From the NCBI GenBank assembly GCA_013265495.1, contig MU058463.1:2317523-2381522 (forward strand): DNA of 64,000 bases. The letters are read 5' to 3'. Positions 50,114-63,450 of the stretch are shown one piece after another. A program made the translations under genes and the position numbers. The stretch comes from Vicugna vicugna. Lineage: Eukaryota. Numbering within the stretch: position 1 is the stretch's first letter; each line of letters begins with the position of its first letter. The notes beneath the pieces are model-generated. The model made no database searches. It had not been told where the DNA came from and saw only the letters and a program-made list of their open reading frames with translations.

Positions 50114-50893
50114 AGTTTATCACATTTAATTAGTGTCAGTTCTCTATTGTGTCTGGTAATAAAGGTTATGACATTTCAAAATATTGAAAATACACTAACT
50201 TTTTGCCTTTTGGTTTAAAATCTATATGTCTTTTCTAATTTATATTTGTTTATACTTGATAAAGAGATACACAATGCTTTATACCAAAAACTGCAATCAT
50301 CTTGACTCAGAGAACCTTAATACTGTATGGTGTCTTCTATTATGTAGTACCATGTGTATCTTCTTATTTCCTATCCATATTGGGCATATCATTCTAAGGC
50401 TAGCCAGCTACTGTTCCCTCTGACAAAGAAAGTAGGTAATTAAACATTCCATTTTTCCAATATTTCATATGAAAGGAAACTGTAAAGCTTTTTCTCTGAT
50501 TCTTTATGGGTCGCAGACTACATTTGGAGTGGGAATACTTAAAAACAGTAATATCAACAAATGGATAAGAAAGTAAAATGGTTGCTATTTCAAATTGACA
50601 ACTTTTTGCAGGGATCAAATTAAATTTTTTACGGTTGTGTTCTGTGAACTTATAGAAATTCTTAGAGACTTAAATAGTAATATAGTTCTTCACAAAGTAA
50701 ACCAAGATTAAGACTTTGATTGAGGTAATTAGCATCACTAGTCTGCTCTTCTGCTATCTTAGTGGTTGTAAGCCTTGTCATGAATACATAAACAAAAAGT
50801 AGAGGTTATTTATATTTTTGTTTATTTTGCTGTTTGCTTTTTTAATAATAGTAGGAATAAGTGTCTTAGATTTTTTTCTTAAAAATTTGACAG

Positions 50894-51061
50894 ATGTTAA
50901 TTTCAAAACTGGAGAAAAACAAAACAATGAAGTCTGAAGATAAAGCAGAGATAATGAAAACTTTAGAAGTTTTGACAAAAAATATTACCAAATTGAAAGA
51001 TGAGGTCAAAGCTGCTTCTCCTGGACGCTGTCTTCCCAAAAGTATAAAAACCAAGACTCAG
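50894..51061 (+). CDS. RBM26: RBM26 exon 17 (MLISKLEKNKTMKSEDKAEIMKTLEVLTKNITKLKDEVKAASPGRCLPKSIKTKTQ)
   Basis: tttgacag|ATG TTA ATT ... ACT CAG|gtatat; 168 nt. Confidence 0.95.
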
Positions 51062-52467
51062 GTATATTAATTTGTGTTGTTATTCATATTACTATTTAGA
51101 AACACTAGAACACTACATTATTTAAAACTCAGTTTTCCTTTTAGCTAATATTCTTTGCTCAAAATATTATTATATACTACCATTGTCCCCATTCTCCATT
51201 GATTAATAAGTAAATAAATACAAACAGTCTCTCCTTATCTTTTGAATCCTGTACATTGTAGTTAGAAAGTCAGTAATTAGAATAGTTATGGATAATCTTA
51301 AAAAGGTGGCTTGAGGGCAAAATAATACAGGTACTTGAATGCTTGACTGAGGAGTTTGATATAAGTAGTTGGTGATATAAAACGCTAATGAACAGAGAAG
51401 TAATCTCATATCATTGAAATGAATTGATTAAGCAGGAGAAAATGCAGGTGGATTAACCCATTAAATAAAAATAAGCCAGCAAGTTAATTTCAGATGGCCA
51501 TAAGTGATTTAAAAAAAAACCCCACAGTTATACAGTACTTATAGTAGGGGTGTGTGTGTGTGTATGTATGTGTATAAAATCATGAGTTCATATTGATATT
51601 TCTGTTTCTAATCCAGCACCACAGTATTCTTCCTTTCCTTCTCTTATACCATGTTTTTTCTCCCTGTTCCCATAACAACTTGGTTCCCACTGACATCAGT
51701 ACAGTACTCATTTGCACAGTCCCATAATACATTCCAAATAGTTTCAGAATTGCTACAACAATACCACTTCCAACTAACTAAATGTAAAAATCAGAATTTG
51801 TTTGCATTCTTTACAACCTCACAATATACTCCACTGAGTATAGAGTTAAAACTGTGGGTGTAGGATTACTTTTTTCTTTTGTGTGGTTATGTTTTTAATT
51901 TGATAAAGTTAGGTCTGCTTCTGTATGTATTCAGTTTTGGATTCCTCACCCTCTCATTCTTGTCGACTTAACTTTATTTTTTGAGTAAGTAAAACATTAA
52001 CATGATTCAAAAGTTATACTATATAAAAAAGTATGTAGAGACAGCCTTTCCCCTTTGATTCTTGATATTCTGTTCCCTACTCTTCCCTCCCTCTTGGTGT
52101 GTGTGTTATGTATTCTTTCCTACATAATAGTATACTGTGGATTGCTCATTAACACCTTGGTGTTTTGTCTTTCTTTTCACAGTCATTTCCTGAAAATTAC
52201 TCCATATCAGTCAATAGAAACCTCACTCTGACTTCTGTATGGAAAATGAATTATAGGGAAGTCAGTGGAAGTAGGAACAAGTTAGGAAGCTCTTGCAGTA
52301 GTGTAGACCAGAGATGACTGATGGCTTGAACTAGGATGGTAGTCCTGGAGATAGAGAAGAAAAGTATGGATTAAATGAGAATGTGTAAAAAATTCTTTGT
52401 AAAAAGTTTTGCATAAATGCAGGATGTTAATTATTGTCACCTAAAAATATTAATTACTATTTTCTAG

Positions 52468-52572
52468 ATGCAGAAAGAATTGCTTGACACAGAACTAGAT
52501 TTATATAAGAAGATGCAAGCTGGAGAAGAAGTCACTGAACTTAGGAGAAAGTATACAGAATTACAGCTGGAG
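52468..52572 (+). CDS. RBM26: RBM26 exon 18 (MQKELLDTELDLYKKMQAGEEVTELRRKYTELQLE); possible alternative acceptor at 52474
   Basis: ttttctag|ATG CAG|AAA ... CTG GAG|gtatat; 105 nt. Confidence 0.95.
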
Positions 52573-54129
52573 GTATATTTCATCACAACTACACAGTATG
52601 CTAAAAAGGAGCAGTTTTACTGATAGGAAATAGGAAAAGGGGGAAAGAGGTTAACACATTTTTCAGAACTAACAGAGAAAATCTATGTAGTGAGGGATGG
52701 TGGAAGTTCTGCCTTTATATCCAAGTCCCTTTGCTTCCAGTGAATTTTGTTCCTTTTCTGTTTTTGATTTTTCTTCCGGGGACCAAAATCTATTAAAGAC
52801 TTTTCAGGTATTCTTACGTAAATATTCTGTGCATATATAGACATTGTTACATTGAGTTACTCTAAGGATCAGATTTTTATTGGTAGAATTATATTAAAGA
52901 ACATGCTTAAGTTTTGCCTATAGGTGGTGCTGTGGATGTTTATAAAAGTGAAAATAAACTAGTTTCTTATAATTTAGTTATATGATTATTTATATTAAAA
53001 AACTCCTAGTGAAATTAATCTCTATACATACGAATCTTTAATATTTAGTTACTGAAAAGTTGTTTAAAAATCAGAATAACATTTTGAAGTACAGAGACAT
53101 TTATGCCATTAATGTAGTTGGTACTTGTCTATAGTCATCATTGTTTGATGGCGCGATTTAAATTTTTTGTATCTTAGCTTATCACTTTTGCTTAATTTAA
53201 AAATAATGCTTTTCCTCAAATTTGTTAGCAACTTGATTATCTTTTTCCAACATACTACAAATCTATATTAAGTACTGGCATTCAGGTATTAAAGACTTGA
53301 CATTTAGCAGCCCCTGTGTCCTGAGGCTCTATCTTGTTTAACTGTTACAGGGAGCCATAGGATGGTTTCCTAAACCTGCATACGTTTTGCATTCTCTGGG
53401 AAGTTGATATGGTTGTTTGTGGGTTCTACCCAAGATAACGGGTTTTGAAAAAGATACATTTCTTCTATGTTAATATAGAAATTGTGTTTCACCATTTCAT
53501 GCTTGTGTTAGTGCAACTTTAAGAAACATTTAAAAAAATTTTGGCCCATAATTTTAGTAAATAAATAATAGCATTACTAATTATATTATAGACTGATAAT
53601 ATAAAGATTACTAATCTTTATTAGTCTATTTTCATTCTTTATCATGATATAGCTAAACACTGAATGACATCTTATTTTTCTTTTATGATGGCCAAACTTG
53701 CCAAACTTTAGTTTGCAGTTAATATTAGTATATACAGTAATGCAGTTTCCCAGAGTGTGTTCATTCACTACACCAATTCCATATTGTGTTAGTAGATATT
53801 AGTGAAAAAGCTTTTGAGGCCAAATAAATTTGGAAAAGGTTATATTAAACATGCTTTTTGTATATGGTTTCCTATAGGCTTGTAACTTGTAAATCTCCAA
53901 AAATACATATTAAATACTCAGTATTATTTATCTTACTTGTCCATGAACCTCCTTTTTTAAGGAGCATTTTGAGACATTAAAGTTCCTCAGAGCACAGTTT
54001 TGTATATGCTGCACTATTATTAACATTAATCCTTCACCTTTGAAGTTTATTACTTGGATTTTAGATAACTATTTTAGCTAAGGTTAAAATTAACTCTCTT
54101 GAGATGAAGAAAGTGAAATATTTATACTT

Positions 54130-55060
54130 GCAGAGATTTTGGCCGTGCCTGCTTGGCATTTCCACGTCTCACATCCTCAGATTCAGCACATTCAGAATTG
54201 TATTTATTTTGTCCCTAGGCTCATCTACACAATTATCCAAAGTAGAAATTGGAGAGTCTTCATTGATTCCTCCTTTTCCTTCAGTGTTCATACCCATTTA
54301 ATCACCAAGTTTTATACATGTTACTCCTCAGTATGTCTTAAATATTTTAATTTTACTTCTCTGTATCTCCATTGCCACCACGATAGGCTAAGCTTCTATC
54401 TTCAGCTGTTGGAGCTACTGTACTAGCCAAGTGACTGGTTTCCACCTTGTTCTCTTTTTCTTCTTCCAGAATAACATTTAAAACACTGATTTGATTACGT
54501 CACTCTTGATTTTCATGGCTCTTGGGATAAAAATCAAAATCTTTAACATGGTCCTTAAAGTTATTCATGATCTGGCTCTGCCTATCTCTCCAGCCTCATA
54601 TCTCCATCCCATGTGGTCCAGCTGCATTGGATTTTATTCCTTCTTTTTGAAGTACTGTGTTCCTTTCAGCCTTGGTTCCTTTGTTCATGCTGTAACCCCC
54701 ACACCTCACCCTTGCCTTGCTTGTTCTTTGTTCCTTCTTTGATTCATTGAACAAATACTAAATTTCTGCAATCTGCCAGCTACTGTTGTAGGTGCTGGGG
54801 GTAAAGTAGAGAATAAAACAGAAAAAATTCTTCATAGAACTTTTATTCTAGTTCTCGTTCTATTCTAGCCATTGCAAGTCTTTAATGTTCTATTCAAATC
54901 TTTAAGTAAAGCATTTCCTCATTTTTCTGAGTCACTTCTCATTAATATAATTAAGTAACTTGGTTTCTTAATGTCTCTACCCCTTCAGGATTTGAGTTTA
55001 CGAGGGGAAAAGACTTGCACACAAGAAGTGCTCATTAAATACTGGTGGAATGAGGGAATG
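54130..55060 (+). mobile_element. LINE-2 relic(s)
   Basis: Pyrimidine-rich L2 body ending gcacacaagaagtgctcattaaatactggtggaatgag; short inverted L2 end at ~54741-54850. Confidence 0.6.
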
Positions 55061-55629
55061 GTGTGCTATTCATATAGAGTGATGTAGTAGATTATAAGTT
55101 ACTATGCTACATTGGTTATATAATGGCGTTACTGTAAATGATCAAAATGATGAATTTGAAATAACTCTAGCATCTAGAGTCAACAGGCAAACAAATAGAA
55201 ATGCTGTATTTGAAAGTCATAACTGGAAAAAATGCCCATATATATATATATAGGTATTTTGTGTCTGTGTATTAAACTGACTTTGTGACATTTAACACTG
55301 CACTATTTGGAGATCAAGAATTGCTGGTCTTTCGTGATACAGTCTGATGTCTTGGAGAGGAAGGACTTAGTAGAAAAGGCACATTTAATAATTTCAAAAC
55401 ATTGCTTAAATGTTGCTTTGTTGTCTCAGTTCATTAGCTACTTAAATTTGCTTTCACTTCAAAAGCTAAAACCCTAGTTTAAATTATGAGATCCTTTTGT
55501 AGGATATTATTTGAATATGATGTCAAATTGTATAACCTGTGTCATATTGTGTGACTCATCTGACCAGCTAGAATACTTAGCTTGTGTTAATAATTGTGAT
55601 GTTTAACCTACATGTCTAATCTCTTCTAG

Positions 55630-55830
55630 GCTGCAAAACGAGGGATTCTTTCATCTGGTCGTGGTAGAGGAATTCATTCAAGAGGTCGAGGTGCAGCTCA
55701 TGGCCGAGGCAGGGGTCGAGGTCGAGGTCGAGGTGTGCCTGGTCATGCTGTGGTGGATCACCGTCCCAGGGCATTGGAGATTTCTGCATTTACAGAGAGT
55801 GATAGAGAAGATCTGCTTCCTCATTTTGCG
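55630..55830 (+). CDS. RBM26: RBM26 exon 19 (RG-repeat region and start of RRM2: AAKRGILSSGRGRG...HRPRALEISAFTESDREDLLPHFA)
   Basis: tcttctag|GCT GCA AAA CGA ... TTT GCG|gtactt; 201 nt. Confidence 0.95.
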
Positions 55831-58491
55831 GTACTTTCTTACTGTCCAACAAAACAAATACTAATAATCATTGTTGAGGATAATGAGTATTAAAGGGGAA
55901 AGTATGAAAATGAAATGGATAATTTTCAATCTATTAATCTCACCAAAGGATTTGATTAACTTATAATGATCTTTTAATGAATTATTTAAAAAACAATCTA
56001 GGGATTTTTTGTTTATTATTTAGAAGAAATGTTGCTATTGTTACACTTAGTAGGCCTTCAGATACTGTGAAATGAATGATATAAACTTAGTCGTTTCAGA
56101 GAGGGGAAGTCCTATAGTTTTATTTGATACTTTTAGGAAAAATTTAACATTGCATGGGCCACCCATGTATTTTTTAAGTTAAGATGGAATTTTATTTGTT
56201 AATATTGTGTTCTTGATGTAGCTGACCTAGAAATGAAACAAGACAAAATCTTGGTATATGAGCTTAAAGTTGCCTTAGTCAGTGCCAGGGTGTAGTTAAA
56301 GGGAGTCAGTCTAATGGTAACAGACCAATGTATGAGGAAGGAGAATGAGGCTCTAGTTCTTGCTAATCCATTATTTAACTTACTTAATTCCTGGGATCTG
56401 TTGAGCTCATGTGCAGAATGGAAATTCTGTCTGCCTAAAGGCCTTTCCAACTTCAATGTTGTGGTTCTTAGTGGTGTCGCAAAGGTTAGTTACTAAGCAT
56501 CAGTCTTGCCCTCAGCATTACAGTAATTGCTCTGGAGATATGAAGTAAATAACCGCTACTTTACCTTCAAGGATGTTACATACATCAGTTTAGCAGAGAC
56601 TGGTTAAACTACAAAACAATTTATAATCAAGTTAAATTTATTAAAAACTACAAATACTTCAGTAACTTAGAGAAATATCTTTCACACAGGCAAATGATAG
56701 TAAAAGAGCAGTAGAGGAAAGTTTCATGAGGTAGTAAAACTGGAGCTTAGGTCTTGAAGAGCAGATAAACTTGCAGATAGCTACACAAATAATACAGCCT
56801 TTTGAATATTCAGATTTAAATGTTTGACAATTATATTCCAGACTGTGAACAGCAGTTACAAAGGTGAAACTATACTTTGTCAGGGCGTAGGGAGGTATTG
56901 AAAAAAATGGTACATGTTTAAGAAATAACTAAAATGATTAATATTTAAGGATCATAAGTCTGGAAAGTCTTGAGCTTGATGGCTTCAAAGGGAGAAAGAA
57001 AAGAATCAGAAAACTAGAAAGAAGCTTGGAGATAATCTAGCCCAGTTCTTCCCTGCCATATACCCCACTTTCACAGCTTCCCAGAAGGGAGAAGATCCAG
57101 ATAACTTAGGTGTATTTTCATATAGTTTTATAGCTAATCAGGAAGTTAGCAAAGAAAGTGCCAAAATAATCCAAACAAACAAGGTGAGTCTATGAATGTA
57201 TTTAGGTGAGACTGAGGTGGTTTTGGTTTTAGAAATATTCAGAGCCTATAAATGAAGATTCCTGCACGCATTTGGAGATACTCCATTTAAAGTTAGTAAT
57301 AGTCATGCACATTTAAAAATTATCAGTCTTTAAGGTAGTTTCTCTGTCTCAGCCTGTGATTTGAACATATGACAGGTATCAAAAACTCATATTGTTAAAG
57401 GATCGTTGACTGTTACAAATTGTGATTAATAAAATGCTTTCTTTAATTTATCCACTGGAGCCAACAGTAGAAATGTTACAGCTAAAACTTACAGAGCACT
57501 TATTTTGTGGCAGATATTATTCTGAATGCCTTATATAACTCATATTATGAGTTATTTTGACAACTCTGTGAAGTACTTACCTCTATTATGCCTGTTTCAG
57601 AGGTGAGGAAAATGAAGCATGAAGAGATTAAGTAACTTGTTCAGGTATACTCACAGAGCTGGGATCTGACTGATTCTACAGTCCATTTTCTTTACTATGC
57701 CCTGCAGAATTTTTCTTTGGAGTGTGTGTATTTAATGAGATGATGGTTATAATTATATTTGGGGATAAGAAAGAAGGAAGGTATTAGCAATGACATATAA
57801 AGGACTAGAGTTTTATGTGATAAAATTGGCTATTGGCAGAAAAATTCTCCTACATGTGGAAAAAATAAAATGCAGCACACCCAAAACAAGCATAATTGAA
57901 TATGTTTAGCTTCTAAATGTCCTAAAAGAGTATGGTCTAGAGGAGTAAATAGTAATAGTAAAAGCAGGGTCAGTTAGTGTTAAACATTTGAATTGAAAGA
58001 CTTGGACTCTCATCCTGGTAATAAACTTAGTTGCTTTAGAAATATTACTTAAATTCTCTGAATCTTTTGCCCTTTGTCTTTAAATTGAAAGTGATACCAA
58101 AAACTCATAGAATATACTGAGGATTAAATATTCTGCTTTAGAAATAATTAAGCATATTCTGAGATTAGAATGACGAATGTAAAAAGAATGAGAATAAGGA
58201 AGCTCAGTCTTTGACCATTGTTTTCTTTTATTTAAAGAATAGTTCAGTCAAGTATAAGATTCCCTAATTCTAGAAATTGTAGAATTATAAATAATATTGG
58301 AAGATAGGACTACCCTTTATCTTACAATATCAAGTATTAAAATGAACTATTCATAATTTTTTTCTGCTAATCACCCTGAATTGTTATGTATTCTGGGTTA
58401 TATTTATTAGTATTTTAATATTTTAAAAACCATTAGGATTTTGGATGTTGCAAAATATTTATTTGGAGGAAATACTTTTTTTAATTTAAAG

Positions 58492-58578
58492 CAATATGGT
58501 GAAATTGAAGATTGTCAGATTGATGACTCTTCACTTCATGCGGTAATTACATTCAAGACACGAGCAGAAGCTGAAGCA
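58492..58578 (+). CDS. RBM26: RBM26 exon 20 (RRM2: QYGEIEDCQIDDSSLHAVITFKTRAEAEA); gene continues beyond the window
   Basis: atttaaag|CAA TAT GGT ... GAA GCA|gtaagt; 87 nt. Confidence 0.94.
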
Positions 58579-61500
58579 GTAAGTATTATAAGTCTAATTT
58601 ATTGAAATTCAGATTTAAATGTCTTATAAATATTGCCTCTTAAGTTTTAATAGGAATGAATCTTTTTAAACTTACTAAATAACTAAACTTTGACAGTAGA
58701 TAAAACATATGAAGTGGAATTCATGGCCACTAAGAATGTCTTAGAGGCAGTTTTATATATAACATGAATATTTAGAATATATAGTTAGTCACCAAGTTGA
58801 ATGTCAAGTTTATTGTCTTGAGACATCAGGAATTCTCCTTCTGTTCTCTTTAACAGGAGATAGGGCCACTCCACTTTTCCATTTTTCTCTTTTCTCAGCT
58901 GGCCCAGAACAAGTCTACTTTGGCAGAATGAGTGGTGAAGGATAAGGTAGAAGCTGAGATACAATCCTGATGGCTGCTCTTCTTAACCATCCCTCATCTG
59001 CTGCTTCCTAGTCCCAGTTGGCTGAACCCTAAAGAAGTGTCCCTGGCTCAGCATACCCTCAGCTGGGCCTCTACAGTTTTTTGTCCAAGACATGATATAT
59101 TGTGCTAGCTTTTAGAGTTCTTTTCATATAGTTGTCTTAATATGTGTATCTTGAATTGTCTTTCCAAAGAACGACCAGAAGTATTTGCAGTCTTGTCTGT
59201 CTTCTGGGTTTAAAGGATTGAAAGAAGGGAAACTGTGTGTAAGGTATAGGGGATTCATAGGAACCTTTTTAGCCCTTTGTGTTCTTTCTTTGGGATTGTA
59301 GAGAAATAGAGGTACCATCTGACCTCGGGAAAATGTATTAAGTGTTCTAAACAGTTAACCTAATGTGAATAGAAGAGTTGAATGTTTTTCAGAAATTTTA
59401 AGTTGAGTGTGGTCTAAATAAGTTTTGAAAATCTTCAGAATTGATTTATCACTCTTTGTAGCAAATACTCCCTGCCAACACATGATACATTGCTTGTGCT
59501 TACCTGGTAGGAGTTGCTTTTGGAGCATTGTAACCTGTGAAAGACTGGGGGTCTGATAAGTCTCAGAGAAGTGTTGAGCTGGGCCCTGGAATAACATGGT
59601 TTCTAGGTCAGGCGGGTGGGTAGTGGATAGTTTTATAGAATAGGATTTCCTCATCCCAGAGTTTTATTTTATTAAATCTAGTTTGTAGTAATCTTTTTTT
59701 CAAATTTCTTTTGTGAAAATAAAAGGTAATTTATAATTGATGAGAGTTTAAAACTTTCTTATAAACTTTTGTATGTATATATGTTATTGAAAGAATAGAT
59801 CTTTGATCACATTTTCTCTCGGAGGTGTTGTTGAGTACAAGTTAACAATAAACTTCCCTTAACCGATGGCTTCAGTGTCAGTTTTCAGTGTAATGTTGGA
59901 TAGGTAGTTTGAGTACCACCTTTTTATGTTGTGTATTTTCTAGGAAATAGTCATATTATAAAACAATGGCAGTTGTTATGTTCAAATGGTTACAATATTA
60001 CCAAGTTGTGAATTTAGTAAATACTTTAAAAATGTATAAACTACTTCTCCCTGCCTACATATTTGGGTAAGAGGGGGAAAAAAAAGAAAAAAAAAAACCT
60101 TTGCCTCTTATATAATTTTTGGATGTTTTGTTTTTGGTAAGTAAGACCTATTGACATATGCCTGCCTTCTGGGGTTTTGCTTTTTCTACCTCATTGTAAA
60201 TTTTTTAATATATGTTTTTATACTGTGCATATATTTTCCAAAGGAATAGCAATCTCTTTTGAGACCAGGATTAATGTATAAAACTTTAACAATGAATTAT
60301 ATGAAGCTTGAATAAGTGGCAAAATAACTTAGGTTAAATTAAATCTGATGAGAGTTAGCTTATCAAGGTAAATACCATTTTAGTTGGAATACTTAACAGA
60401 CTAAAAGGAACAACTACCATTGCTATGATAAACATTTGGAATTCAGTTATAGAAGTTGTTAAAACATGAACATTTCCTTAAGCCTAAAAATTTTCTTAAA
60501 ATTTTGTTAACACTCTGTTTTAGAACAGAAAATTAACTTGAAGCTTATACTTTACAAGCAGAATATAGGCTAAAACAGTGGTTTTCACACTTCCAGATTT
60601 CAAGGAACATTGAGGTTTAGGAATTTAAAAATTAGTATGTTTGACATTGGGGTGCCAGTTAATTTTGTCAAGGAAGAATGCTCAAAAAGTATGAAAAAAA
60701 GGATTGCTTGTATCACCATCATTATATAAAACAAAGAAATATGTAATACCAAAATGTAGGAGAATATAAACGCCAAGAAAAAGAATAGGCCTTCCCAAGA
60801 AAAGAAAATTAGCAACCTTTGCTAATGTTTATTTCCAAATATGTCATTGTTCATAATTTCTGAACCATTGTATTAGATGATTGAATGTGTTTATCAGTAT
60901 TTTCTAAAGTCAATAGATGCATAATATTTCAAAGTGAAAATATTGGAATAAAATAATTGAGACATTTGAATATGACTGAAAAGAGAGAAATTTTCCCCAG
61001 GAAAGAAGTTGAAATATTTTAAGGAGTAATGATATAACAGAACCATTTTCGCTTTAGATTAAGATGGATAAGGTTTGACTCTGGTTAGTTAAAAGATGGA
61101 TCCTCCTGCTTTATTTTCTACTTTCCGGTTTGTCTGTCACCACCCCAATGTACTAAAGTTGAATAAGTACCCAAACAGGACAGGAAAAAATAACCTCTTC
61201 CCATGACTGGTTAGAATGTTATTTTTCCTACCCTGAATTATTCCTATACTTTTATAAGAAACCAAGATCCAGTTTTAGAATAGGAATAAAGTTCTTATTT
61301 TATAAGAATCAGTTCCAAAGATAAAACTACAGACCCAAAGTCAAAGAGGTGTGTAACTTTTTGTATTGAAAGGAAAGAGAATCTTGTTCTATTTGTGCAT
61401 TTTTGACACTCATGCCTCAGCTCCTAGTAGTTATGAGGATTCATTGATTAAAAACTGGTAAGGTATGCTTAGAACAGTGCCTGGAACATAATAAACCCTG

Positions 61501-62442
61501 CTAACATTAGCTAATATTAATATTATTGTTTGTGTTGTGTGTGTGTGTGTAAGTGTAAGAATGAGGACTGACTGGTAAATCAGTGAAACCAAAAAGAAAC
61601 AAGATAGAGTAAATGATTTTAAAACTCTGATTTTTGGCTTGAAGTTAGAAGTGCAAAATTGGATTCATAAGGAATAGTGCAGCATCAGCAGTTGAAGGTG
61701 ATGGGGCTGACTGAATCAATACTAAATTTATAGCAAGAACAAAATGTGTAAGTGGATTCAATCAAACAAATCAAATCATGTGTAAAACAGACACTATGTG
61801 TGTGTTCTTACTGACTGACAATAGTTACAAAGAACTGCTATGTGATGGACACTGTGCTATGAGAATTAGTAAATCTAAATCTGAAGCTTGTGAGAAAGTG
61901 GCTAGGCAGCTTGAACTCAAGAGCTAAAGGAATAGAGGTCTTTCCCTATAAAAGTTCTAAAATTTAGATTTTACATTTTTTTTTTTTTGGTGGCTGTTTA
62001 ATGTAACTCCTGCTAAACATCATATACTGTGGTTATTACAAACATTAATAAACTTGGTTTTAACCTACTTTTATAGATTAGATTTATCATTATGGTTACT
62101 AAAACTGTAAGGTACACTAGGATTGTAGCTTTAGCTCTTCTGACTTTGTTCAGTTTTCCCCACAGTGTTTTTATAGGACACTGGTTCTGTAAGAGCTCCC
62201 CTAACAAAGGATTCTCTTGTCAGATAAGTTTGTGAAGAGCTACATTTTGTATATTCAATTTAGATTTATAATCTAAATGACTTGAAAAGGCAAAAGACAA
62301 ACATTCCTGTTTAATTTTGTTTAATCCAACTTTTTCCAAATGTTAATTGTTTCCAGAATTATTTTCCTTGTAAGATTTGGAACCTGCCTCATAACTGCTT
62401 TTTATACTTTCCCCACTTTCTTCATTTGTCTAAATCTTCACC

Positions 62443-62513
62443 TTTTTTCCTTCTGTTGTGTGTATTCATGCTTTTTTTCCTTCTGTTGTGTGTATTCATG
62501 CTTTTTTTCCTTC
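62443..62513. repeat. 30-bp tandem repeat (~2.4 copies)
   Basis: ttttttccttctgttgtgtgtattcatgct repeated with period 30. Confidence 0.9.
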
Positions 62514-62609
62514 CTAATTTGCCTCAAACTTTGAATGACTCTGTGCAAAAAAAATTAGGAAAAGTTCTAGAGTGAGCCTATGAATAAAATACTTCAGCTT
62601 TTAAACAGA

Positions 62610-63420
62610 CTTTTTGTTTACACTTCGTAACACAGAAATTAGAATTGTAAAATGAACCTCCACATGCTCATCATCAAGCTTCAGCAATTATCTACTTATG
62701 ATCAGTCTTATTTTGTCATATCCCACCCACTGCAACCCTCTACCTCTTTATTTTGGAGCCATTCCCAGTCATCGTGTCATTTTATCTGTAAGCATTTCAG
62801 TATGTCTTTCTCAATATTAGAGTCTTTAAAAAAAAGTATAATTACCACACCTAAATATTTCCTCAGTGTTATCAAATACCCAGAGTTTACACTTCCCCAT
62901 TTTTTAAAATATATTTCTTAGTTTATTTAAGGATCTAGAGTAAGTTTCATATTTTAAGTGATTGGTATACACAATTATGAATTCATGAATTTAAACATTT
63001 CATGGGTATTGATCCGTTGTTCTCAGTTACTGATGTATTGTTCCATCTTTGGCTAGTGGCCAGATACAGGTTTGTTCCTGAGTTCTTTTGACAGGACTCT
63101 AGTGGGTTATGATACTTTCTTTGCTTTCTGATATAAAAAGGTGTTCTGAGTTCATCTTATACATTTTCTCTTCCAGACCAGGAACTGGCCATTTCTCTAA
63201 GGAGCTCTGATTCTTTTTACTGGGAAAGGTATTTAGAGACCACAATCTGAGTCCTAGGGGTGCTCATTACTACTAAGTATGTTACTGTAACTAATATTTT
63301 TCAGTGGTCAGAGCTTAGAGTGAAAAAAATTACATTCATACATATACATATATACATACATGGTTATATTCACATGTATAAAGAAAACTGAAAGCATCTA
63401 CTGGTATTTCCCATTTAATT
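62610..63420 (-). mobile_element. Old L1MC-like 3' UTR relic
   Basis: ccagaccaggaactggccatttctctaaggagctctgattctttttactgggaaaggtatttagagaccacaatctg, typical of L1MC. Confidence 0.6.
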
Positions 63421-63450
63421 CTGGGCTCTGGTTTTATACACACATGTATC

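Noticed and set aside
55142..55285. Possible C/D box snoRNA (ATGATGA ... CTGA with caaa/tttg ends)
   Set aside because: Only a 4-bp terminal stem, an internal (TA)n run and no recognisable guide or C'/D' boxes; likely chance.
55661..55864. ORF MVEEFIQEVEVQLMAEAGVEVEVEV, and similarly 28118..28423
   Set aside because: Alternative-frame readings of the RG-rich exon 19 and RS-rich exon 5.
2271..59875. Pairing the U12-like donor (2271) with the U12-like branch point/AG (59854-59875) as one giant minor intron
   Set aside because: It would skip 19 strong U2 exons over 57 kb; no support beyond two imperfect motifs.
20834..62513. Short direct repeats as CRISPR-like or other arrayed systems
   Set aside because: Each is an isolated 2-copy tandem duplication without spacers in mammalian intron DNA.
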